From Pyrobaculum calidifontis JCM 11548 (GTDB lineage: Archaea; Thermoproteota; Thermoprotei; Thermoproteales; Thermoproteaceae), in contig NC_009073.1 in the NCBI RefSeq assembly GCF_000015805.1, positions 120,001 through 152,000 of the forward strand: DNA of 32,000 nt. The letters run 5' to 3'. The translations under genes were made by a program, and so were the position numbers. Positions 16,844 through 25,354 of this stretch are shown piece by piece. The number at the start of each line of letters is the position of its first letter. Within the stretch, counting starts at the first letter, position 1. The notes below the pieces were generated by a model that saw nothing but the letters and a program-made list of their open reading frames with translations, made no database searches and was not told where the DNA came from.

Positions 16844-18294
16844 CCCTTCACTACTCCGATAGGCCTCTGCCTCACCACTTTTTTGGCAAAGCCCACTTGG
16901 TGCGCCGTCTCAACCACTCTGTCTACGTCCTTGTACGCCCAGGGGGCCTCCTCGCTTATGACCTCCGTCTCGGCCGACCTCACGATGATGCCTCTCTTCG
17001 CCAGCTCCTCCTGCACCTTGTGAGGCGGATACATGCGGATGGCGGCCTCGCGGCTGAGGACGCGGCCAGCGCCGTGTGGAGCAGTGCCGAAGGTGAGCCT
17101 CATAGCCTCGGGAGTCCCCACGAGGATCCACGAGGCAGTGCCCATGGAGCCGGGGATCAGCACGGGCTGACCCACGTCTCTGTACTTGGCAGGTATCTCG
17201 GGTCTGCCAGGCGGGAAGGCCCTCGTGGCGCCTTTGCGGTGGACCCACACCTTCCTCACGGTGCCCCTGTCGTCAACCACATGCTCCTCGAGCTTGGCGA
17301 TGTTGTGGGCCACGTCGTATACCAGCTCTAAGCCGACTTTCTCGATGGAGCCGAACACCTTCTTAAAGGCCTCTCTCACCCAGTGCATGATGATGTGCCT
17401 ATTCGTCCAAGCGAAGTTAGCCGCCGACGCCATGGCCTTGATGTAGTCCTCCGCCACCTTGTCCTTAAGCGGCGCCGCGGCTAGCTCTCTGTCGGGCAGG
17501 TTCAGCCCCCACTGCCTCATCTTTCTTTCCATGATCAATAGGTAGTCGGTGGCCACTTGGTGGCCAAAGCCTCTGCTGCCCGTGTGTATCATCACCACGA
17601 CCTGGCCCTCTCTCTCAATGCCAAAGGTCTTGGCCACCTTCTCGTCGTATATCTTGTCCACCACCTGGATCTCTAGGAAGTGGTTGCCAGAACCCAGAGT
17701 GCCCAACTGGTCCCTTCCCCTCGCCTTCGCCTTCTCAGACACCTTAGAGGGGTCCGCCAACTTCCACGACCCCCTCTCCTCTATGTACTCCATGTCCTCA
17801 GCCCACCCGTAGCCCTTCTGCACCGCCCACTCCACGCCCTCGGCGAGGACGCGCTCGAACTCGCCCGGCGAGAGCCGCAGGTGGCCCGTGCCGCCGACGC
17901 CCGGCGGGACGAGGCGGAAGATGGTGTCCACAAGCTCCTTCAACTTCGGCCTCACCTCCTCCTCCGTGAGATTCGTCCTGAGCACTCTCACGCCGCAGTT
18001 TATGTCGTAGCCAATCCCGCCCGGCGATATCACGCCCTCCTCTGCGTCAATAGCCGCCACTCCTCCGATGGGGAAGCCGTAGCCCTGGTGGGCGTCCGGC
18101 AACACGATCGACCACCGGTAGATGCCGGGGAGACAGGCCACGTTTACCCCCTGCTCCAGCGTCATGTCGGTCTTCATCTTCTCCAACAAGACGCTGTCGG
18201 CGTAGATTCTCACCGGCACCTTCTGGCAGGGCTTCTGGCCCGGCGGAATCTCCCAGATATAGTCAGATATCTTATTTATCTGAAAGCGGGACAT
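16840..18294 (-). CDS. rtcB: RNA-splicing ligase RtcB (3'-phosphate/5'-hydroxyl RNA ligase)
   Basis: 484 aa. Motifs: GYDINCGVR, GSGNHFLE, HTGSRGFGHQ, PGSMG and HGAGR. No intein. Its stop overlaps the hisA stop by 4 nt (CTAG). Confidence 0.95.
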   Translation of the reverse strand: MSRFQINKISDYIWEIPPGQKPCQKVPVRIYADSVLLEKMKTDMTLEQGVNVACLPGIYRWSIVLPDAHQGYGFPIGGVAAIDAEEGVISPGGIGYDINCGVRVLRTNLTEEEVRPKLKELVDTIFRLVPPGVGGTGHLRLSPGEFERVLAEGVEWAVQKGYGWAEDMEYIEERGSWKLADPSKVSEKAKARGRDQLGTLGSGNHFLEIQVVDKIYDEKVAKTFGIEREGQVVVMIHTGSRGFGHQVATDYLLIMERKMRQWGLNLPDRELAAAPLKDKVAEDYIKAMASAANFAWTNRHIIMHWVREAFKKVFGSIEKVGLELVYDVAHNIAKLEEHVVDDRGTVRKVWVHRKGATRAFPPGRPEIPAKYRDVGQPVLIPGSMGTASWILVGTPEAMRLTFGTAPHGAGRVLSREAAIRMYPPHKVQEELAKRGIIVRSAETEVISEEAPWAYKDVDRVVETAHQVGFAKKVVRQRPIGVVKG

Positions 18295-18312
18295 GTGAGG
18301 CTACGCCACTTC

Positions 18313-18321
18313 TCTTTAAAA
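18313..18321 (-). promoter_or_regulatory. TATA-like box for rtcB
   Basis: CTTTAAAAG (near-palindromic) centred about 23 nt upstream of ATG 18294. Confidence 0.45.
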
Positions 18322-18334
18322 GTGTTTTCTCCGC

Positions 18335-18565
18335 CTACGCGAGGGCCTGCTCCGGCGTGGCGTAGTAGACAAGGGCCCCCTGCCTAATCCGCTTTATGAG
18401 CCCCTCCCTCTCGAGGACGTAGAGGTGCCACTGGAGCGTCCCCCACGACATTCCCGTTAGCTTGGCCAGCTGGCCCTGCGTAAGCGGACCACGCTCCTTA
18501 ATTATCTGCAGGAGTTGCATCCTCCTGGGGTCGTTTATTGCTTTTGCAGACTTGGCCCTCGCCAT
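18335..18565 (-). CDS. small winged-helix (ArsR/MarR-like) transcriptional regulator
   Basis: 76 aa from ATG 18565. The HTH region reads LLQIIKERGPLTQGQLAKLTGMSWGTLQWHLYVLEREGLIKR. The track start GTG 18631 and ATG 18580 are alternatives. ATG 18565 best fits the TATA spacing. Confidence 0.7.
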   Translation of the reverse strand: MARAKSAKAINDPRRMQLLQIIKERGPLTQGQLAKLTGMSWGTLQWHLYVLEREGLIKRIRQGALVYYATPEQALA

Positions 18566-18583
18566 GTCCACGACGTGCATCCA

Positions 18584-18595
18584 ATTTAAAAAATC
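18584..18595 (-). promoter_or_regulatory. TATA-like box for the wHTH regulator
   Basis: Minus strand reads ATTTTTTAAATT, centred about 24 nt upstream of ATG 18565. A second copy, GTTTTTAAAC, lies at 18614-18623. Confidence 0.4.
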
Positions 18596-18711
18596 CTGCG
18601 TAGCGCCGTACAAGTTTAAAAACCACCGCACTATCTCCCACTGCCGGGACTACGCCGGGCAAGGCCGGCGCCGTGCCGCGCTGTGACCCCGGCGGGGCGC
18701 CTCCCCTCTTC

Positions 18712-18719
18712 TTTATATA
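18712..18719 (+). promoter_or_regulatory. TATA box for the pilin-like gene
   Basis: TTTATATA centred about 24 nt upstream of GTG 18739. Confidence 0.45.
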
Positions 18720-18738
18720 CCTCCCCGTGTGTAGACGT

Positions 18739-19179
18739 GTGAGAGGGGCAGTGGTCAGCATACAGGTGGCGATTTTGATGGCGGTGATCTTGGCCATAGC
18801 TCTCGCCGTGGCTGGGTACCTCATGACTATGTTTCAAGCCGCGGCGCGGTATACCTACATAGCGGTTTTACAGGCCTACGTCTATCCCGGGGGAGGCGGG
18901 TCGTGGGTAAAGCTGTGCGTCGCCGCTGGAGGCTCCGACGCGTTGAAGATCGAGAGCGTAGAGCTGGGGGGCGTAAAGGCGTCACGGGTAGAGGTCTACG
19001 TGGGCGACTCGCCGCGCGCAGTCGTTAGGGCGGGCGAGACGGCGGTAGTCAAGGCGTTTTTCGACGTGAGAGTGGAATACGGCCAGTCGCTGGTAGGCTG
19101 GTTGCATACGGCGGAGGGCTTCAAGTTCCCATTCACGCCCACGTACACGGTTGGGGAGCCCAAGTGCCCCTTTGAGTAA
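18739..19179 (+). CDS. archaeal type IV pilin-like protein (class III signal peptide-like N-terminus)
   Basis: 146 aa from GTG 18739. It begins M-RG-AVVSIQVAILMAVILAIALAVAGYLM, a short basic leader with Gly followed by about 25 hydrophobic residues. A beta-rich domain follows (ALKIESVELGG...VEVYVGD). The track start 18673 is an over-extension. Confidence 0.5.
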   Translation: MRGAVVSIQVAILMAVILAIALAVAGYLMTMFQAAARYTYIAVLQAYVYPGGGGSWVKLCVAAGGSDALKIESVELGGVKASRVEVYVGDSPRAVVRAGETAVVKAFFDVRVEYGQSLVGWLHTAEGFKFPFTPTYTVGEPKCPFE

Positions 19180-19187
19180 ATATTTTA
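19177..19187 (+). promoter_or_regulatory. TATA-like box for gatD
   Basis: TAAATATTTTA centred about 27 nt upstream of ATG 19209. Confidence 0.4.
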
Positions 19188-19208
19188 CCGTCTTCCATCT
19201 CCCGCCGT

Positions 19209-20462
19209 ATGTATAAACGCGTCAGAGTGGTGCTGGAAGGCGGAGACGTCTTTGAAGGCGTCCTTCTGCCCCCTACCCAGTTCAGCGACCCAGATGTAGT
19301 TGTCGTGAAGCTGAGGAATGGGTACAACGTGGGGATTAAGAGGAGTAGGATTAGGGAGCTTGTGGAGCTGGGGGATGTGCCGCCCCCGTCTTTTGGCGCA
19401 GCTGAGCCGCCTAAGCAGGTGGGGCCTGGTGTCTGGGTCTTGGCGGCTGGCGGGACAATTCTCTCCCGCGTGGACTACGTTACGGGGGGCGTGTACCCCA
19501 CTCTGTCGGCGTCTTACCTTTTCGAGCTGTTGGGCGAAGTGGAGTCGCCTGTGGAGCTCGTGGAGGTCACCGCCAAGTTTAGCGAAGACTTCACCCCGGC
19601 CACGTGGTCTCTAATAGCGGCGAAAGTAGGCGAGGCCTTTGAAAAAGGCGCCAGGGGGGTTGTCGTCTTGCACGGCACAGACACTATGCACTACACGGCT
19701 GCGGCCCTCGCCTTTGCCTTTAGAGAGGCGCCGGGGCCAATTGCGCTTGTGGGCGCCCAGAGGTCGAGCGACAGGCCTTCCACAGACGCGGTGCTTAACC
19801 TCAAGGCGGCGGTCGCCGTCGCCGCCAGGGCCCCCTTTGCCGAGTCTGTCGTAGTTATGCACAAGACGAGTAGTGACAGCGTGATAGCGGCTCACAGGGG
19901 CACTCGGGTGAGGAAGATGCACACGTCGCGGAGAGACGCCTTCCAGTCCATAAACGCCCAGCCGCTGGCCGAGTACTACCCCGAGAAAGACTTGTTGCAG
20001 GTACTAGAGCCGCAGTACAAGGAGAGGGGCGGCCTCTCCTACACCACGAAGTTCGAAGAGGCTGTGGCCCTGGTCAAGTTCTTCCCCGGGATGTACCCCA
20101 AGATGTTGGAGGCCCTCCTCGACTTGGGGATAAAGGGGGTGGTTATCGAGGGGACGGGGTTTGGCCACGTGGGGGAGTACCTACTCCCCGCGGTGAAGAA
20201 GCTGACAGACGCGGGGGTGGTGGTGGCCATGGCCAGTCAGACCTTGTACGGCAGAGTAAACCTCTACGTCTACCGCAGGGGGAGAGAGCTGTTGGCCGCT
20301 GGGGTGGTGCCAGTGGAGGACATGTTGCCTGAGGTGGCCTACGCCAAGCTCTCCTGGGCCCTCGCCAACTTCAAGCGCGAGGAGGTGCCGCAGGTGCTTA
20401 AGACCCCCGTGGCGTTTGAGATAAACCCGCGGTCAGACCCCCTGGCCTTTGGGGCGCCATGA
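19209..20462 (+). CDS. gatD: glutamyl-tRNA(Gln) amidotransferase subunit D
   Basis: 417 aa. Has the GatD-specific N-terminal domain (VVLEGGDVFEGVLLP...). The asparaginase-type core has AAGGTI and LHGTDTM. Confidence 0.9.
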   Translation: MYKRVRVVLEGGDVFEGVLLPPTQFSDPDVVVVKLRNGYNVGIKRSRIRELVELGDVPPPSFGAAEPPKQVGPGVWVLAAGGTILSRVDYVTGGVYPTLSASYLFELLGEVESPVELVEVTAKFSEDFTPATWSLIAAKVGEAFEKGARGVVVLHGTDTMHYTAAALAFAFREAPGPIALVGAQRSSDRPSTDAVLNLKAAVAVAARAPFAESVVVMHKTSSDSVIAAHRGTRVRKMHTSRRDAFQSINAQPLAEYYPEKDLLQVLEPQYKERGGLSYTTKFEEAVALVKFFPGMYPKMLEALLDLGIKGVVIEGTGFGHVGEYLLPAVKKLTDAGVVVAMASQTLYGRVNLYVYRRGRELLAAGVVPVEDMLPEVAYAKLSWALANFKREEVPQVLKTPVAFEINPRSDPLAFGAP

Positions 20463-20986
20463 GCCTCCTCTCGGTCGTAGACACGCTCTGCAATACGCCG
20501 AGGGTTGGGTGGCTCCAGAGGGGCGTCTCTAACGCAGAGACGGTGTGCGCCCACTCTCTGTTGGCCACGTTGCTGGCGGCGGAGGTGGCGGCTAGGCTGA
20601 GGGCAGAGGGCGTAGACATCGACGTGGAGAAGGTGATCGCCGCCGCGGCGGTCCACGACCTGGCTGAGGCGTACCTCGGCCACCCGTCGCGGGAGGTGAG
20701 GAACCGACTGCGCTGGGAGGAGGTAGAGGAGGAGGTGTTCAAACGCGAGTTCCCCCACCTCCTGGAGCTATTCCGCTGGTACCGCTACGAGGAGAACCTA
20801 GTGGGGCGGGTCGTGGCCTTCGCAGACAAGCTCGCCACGTTGATCCGGGCCTGCCGCTACCGACAGATGGGCTATGACACAGACGACCTAGTGAAGTCTT
20901 TGTACAAGAGATTGCAAGAATACGACGACTTGGCCCACCTCCTGGACGTATACGTCTCTGCCTACTGTGGAGGAGTGCCGGCTTGA
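20459..20986 (+). CDS. HD-domain phosphohydrolase (YfbR-like 5'-deoxynucleotidase family)
   Basis: 175 aa. Motifs: PRVGWLQRGV...ETVCAHSL and AAAVHDLAEA (H...HD). The ATG overlaps the gatD stop (ATGA 20459-20462). Confidence 0.75.
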   Translation: MSLLSVVDTLCNTPRVGWLQRGVSNAETVCAHSLLATLLAAEVAARLRAEGVDIDVEKVIAAAAVHDLAEAYLGHPSREVRNRLRWEEVEEEVFKREFPHLLELFRWYRYEENLVGRVVAFADKLATLIRACRYRQMGYDTDDLVKSLYKRLQEYDDLAHLLDVYVSAYCGGVPA

Positions 20987-21510
20987 CCCTCGTCGAGGTA
21001 TTCCACTTGCACTGTGTCGGGCCTGTACGGCGAAATGAAGGACTTCCCCTGGGGGTCCTCCACAACCAGGGTAAAGCCCCCATTCTCGATCTTTTCGTAT
21101 ACCCTCTGTATGAAGGCGTCGACGACGTCGGCCTTCTCGGGCTCCAGCACCTTGAGCCTCTCCGCGTAGTCCACCACCTTGTAGAGGAAGCCCTCCACTG
21201 TGGTGATCATGGCCTCCCCCTGCGTCCCTGGCTCAAGCTCGAAGCCCAGGTCGGGGGAGTAGATGCGCCCCGTGCGGCTCCTAATGAGCAACGACTTAGC
21301 CACGTCGAGGCCGTCTCTCGCGGTGAAGGTGACCCGCGTGGGGCGCCCCGCGTCTGCGTAGACTATGTCGAAGTACCGGTAGCCGCACGCCGTGCACACC
21401 CCGCTTTGTATGAGTACATTGCCAAAGAATGGGACGTCGTAGAGGAACTCCACGTATCTAAATGCCTTGGCTCCACATACGGGGCACCTCGTTTCAGTCT
21501 CGTAGATCAC
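20962..21510 (-). CDS. ZPR1-type zinc finger protein (archaeal ZPR1-related)
   Basis: 182 aa from GTG 21510. Has two CxxC pairs, CPVCG...CTACG, followed by a ZPR1-like beta domain. The 276-aa track ORF has a Pro/Arg/Gly-rich N-terminal over-extension. Its 3' end overlaps the HD gene by 25 nt (convergent). Confidence 0.75.
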   Translation of the reverse strand: MIYETETRCPVCGAKAFRYVEFLYDVPFFGNVLIQSGVCTACGYRYFDIVYADAGRPTRVTFTARDGLDVAKSLLIRSRTGRIYSPDLGFELEPGTQGEAMITTVEGFLYKVVDYAERLKVLEPEKADVVDAFIQRVYEKIENGGFTLVVEDPQGKSFISPYRPDTVQVEYLDEGQAGTPPQ

Positions 21511-21526
21511 GGCCCCGGGAGGGGGG

Positions 21527-21538
21527 ATATTTAAAAAC
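21527..21538. promoter_or_regulatory. single shared TATA element for divergent leaderless genes
   Basis: ATATTTAAAAAC. The TTTAAA core is about 22 nt from GTG 21510 (minus strand) and about 25 nt from ATG 21558 (plus strand). Only 47 nt separate the two start codons. Confidence 0.5.
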
Positions 21539-21557
21539 GTGTAAATGCGCCCTCGCC

Positions 21558-21818
21558 ATGCAGAAGTTCGACCTCGCAGTGGGCCTCTCCGCGGTGGTCC
21601 TCGTGGCCCTGGTGCTGGGGGGCCTGTGGAGCCTCGTCTACAAGCCCTACTGCGGCGTCTTGGGGGGCTACGTGGCCCTGGGCGCCTTGACCGGCTCCCT
21701 CCTGCTCCTCTCCCGGTGGTACAAATCCCTCGAGGTGGTGGGAATAGGCCTCCTCCTGCTCTACCTAGTTGCCATGTGGGCCACATTTGCAAACCCGGCC
21801 GCCCTCTACGACTGCTAA
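21558..21818 (+). CDS. small integral membrane protein (about 3 TM segments), no recognisable family
   Basis: 86 aa from ATG 21558: MQKFDLAVGLSAVVLVALVLGGLW... The track start 21462 would run through the shared promoter. Confidence 0.5.
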   Translation: MQKFDLAVGLSAVVLVALVLGGLWSLVYKPYCGVLGGYVALGALTGSLLLLSRWYKSLEVVGIGLLLLYLVAMWATFANPAALYDC

Positions 21819-21854
21819 CGCGACAAGCTTATAAAGCCGCCCTCCAGCTCCACC

Positions 21855-22412
21855 ATGGCTAAAGCAAAGAGTGAGCGAAAGAGAAAGCGGGGCAAAATCT
21901 TCATAATAGCACTAGCCGCGCTAATCTTCGCAGAGATAGGGTACATATGCGGAACCACTGGCATATGCTTTCACTGGGGCAACCCTCCGCCGCCCGACTT
22001 TAATGCTGTATTGCAAGCGTCTCAGGCCTACGTGTTTTTCAACGGCAATGTCACTGTTGAAAAGCCGCCTGTGTACCAAACGGCGTATGTCTACGTACTG
22101 CCTTATCAGCCAGGGATTGTGTATCCCGACCAATTGATTGCCAGAATTGTACTAGACGCGTCCCAGGGCCCCGTCTACATCGTGCCGCTCCCGGTGACTA
22201 GCGCGGCCGTGGTGCCCAGCGACTTCTACGAGTTGCTTCCCACAAACGCCAAATTCCCCGTGGTTCTCTTGGCCCCAAACCCCAACAATGTACGCATAGT
22301 ATACGACTGGGCGTCGGGAGAGGCGCATAGACTCGGGCTCACTGTGGATTTGACGCGCGTCCTTAGATTTCAAATAGTCAACGGCACTGTTCAGTCGGCG
22401 ATTATTGTATAG
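21855..22412 (+). CDS. hypothetical membrane-anchored or secreted protein
   Basis: 185 aa. Has a basic N-terminus, KSERKRKRGK, followed by the hydrophobic helix IFIIALAALIFAEIGYI. Two N-x-S/T sequons are present. GC is lower than neighbours and there is no family motif. Confidence 0.5.
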   Translation: MAKAKSERKRKRGKIFIIALAALIFAEIGYICGTTGICFHWGNPPPPDFNAVLQASQAYVFFNGNVTVEKPPVYQTAYVYVLPYQPGIVYPDQLIARIVLDASQGPVYIVPLPVTSAAVVPSDFYELLPTNAKFPVVLLAPNPNNVRIVYDWASGEAHRLGLTVDLTRVLRFQIVNGTVQSAIIV

Positions 22413-23124
22413 GCTCCACCACTGTGCACCTCTCTGGGTGGCCTCCATCTAGGGCCTCTCTAAGCGCCTCTCTGTCCTCTATGTGGCAGTAGTATACGGG
22501 AATTCCCAGCCGAGCTATTTCGAGGCCGCTTTCTACCTTCTTCCTCACGCCCCCCGTCACGTCTACTCCGCCGGCCCCCTCCACCGCTAGGCCGGGCGCT
22601 ATCCTCCGTATTCTCTCGGCGCCGGGGGTGCCCGGCGGGGCGGTGTATATGCCGTCTACGTCCATTAGGAAGACCACGGCCCGCGGCTTGAGGAGCCTCG
22701 CCACTTCTACCGCCATGTCGTCTCCACTGACTACCACGTAGCCCCCGTCGGAGGGGACTATGTCCCCATGGAGGAGTGGGTATAGGCCGTGGGAGAGGGC
22801 GTGGGTCAACACCTCGACGCGCCTCAGCTCCCTCCCCCAGAACACGTCGCTCGGCTCCACTGGCATAGCCGCCACTCCGGCCTCGGCGAGCTCCTCTACC
22901 ACATACGCCGTGAGCCTCCGCAGAGAGGCCTTTGTCAACGCGATGCCCAGGGGGGTGAGGCCGAAGGCCTTCACGTGGGGGTGGGCGAAGGACCCCGCCC
23001 CGTGGATAAGCACGGCCTGCCTCCCCCTGAGCTCAGCCGCGGCCTTGGCCACGCGCCCCCGCCGGTAGGTATACGGCTTAGTCTTGTCGGTGATGGCGGA
23101 GCCCCCGAACTTTACCACGTACAT
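22402..23124 (-). CDS. isopentenyl phosphate kinase (amino-acid-kinase fold)
   Basis: 240 aa. Motifs: MYVVKFGGSAITDK and LIHGAGSFAHPHV (the IPK-type GSF-H motif). It sits immediately downstream of the GGPP synthase, with 0 nt between stop and start. Confidence 0.8.
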   Translation of the reverse strand: MYVVKFGGSAITDKTKPYTYRRGRVAKAAAELRGRQAVLIHGAGSFAHPHVKAFGLTPLGIALTKASLRRLTAYVVEELAEAGVAAMPVEPSDVFWGRELRRVEVLTHALSHGLYPLLHGDIVPSDGGYVVVSGDDMAVEVARLLKPRAVVFLMDVDGIYTAPPGTPGAERIRRIAPGLAVEGAGGVDVTGGVRKKVESGLEIARLGIPVYYCHIEDREALREALDGGHPERCTVVEPIQ

Positions 23125-24907
<1,783 letters not shown>

Positions 24908-25303
24908 GGGTCACATATTGCCTTAGTGAGGATTCAACAACAATGGGACGTAGGATGAGAGTATTGGTCATCAGTTCGCTAAGGCGATAGGCGTGTGGCC
25001 TCCTAAGGCTGGTGCATTGATTTCCATGGAGACAGGCGGCGAGGTGGAGGCCTACTTAATAGAGGACGGGGCACAGCTCGAGTTATTGCTTGAGGACAGA
25101 CGCGTGGAGCCCATCCTCGTAAACCCCGTCATAAACCGGCGGTTCGCGAAGTGATTATAGGCGACTATGTAGCCAGCATGTTGGGCATAGTCCTCCTAGA
25201 CTTCAAGAGGGGGCTTTGGAGACTCTCTGACGAAGACAAGGTCAGGCACAGTGTAGAGACCGAGGGGTGGTTTTAGAACTGTATGCGGCCTTGTTATGGC
25301 TCT

Positions 25304-25348
25304 AAAAAAGACCGCGAGATTAAGTCGAAAAAGACTCGTGTACAAAAA
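25304..25348 (-). terminator. cluster of oligo-T tracts downstream of the SppA-like gene
   Basis: The minus strand shows T5, T5 and T6 runs (plus-strand A runs at 25344-25348, 25328-25332 and 25304-25309). All lie within 50 nt after the stop at 25355. Confidence 0.5.
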
Positions 25349-25354
25349 GAAGCA

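Noticed and set aside
24965-24975. TGATGA on the minus strand (plus-strand tcatca, 24969-24974) in the DUF92-SppA spacer, as a possible C box.
   Set aside because: No CTGA D box occurs within the following 80 nt on that strand.
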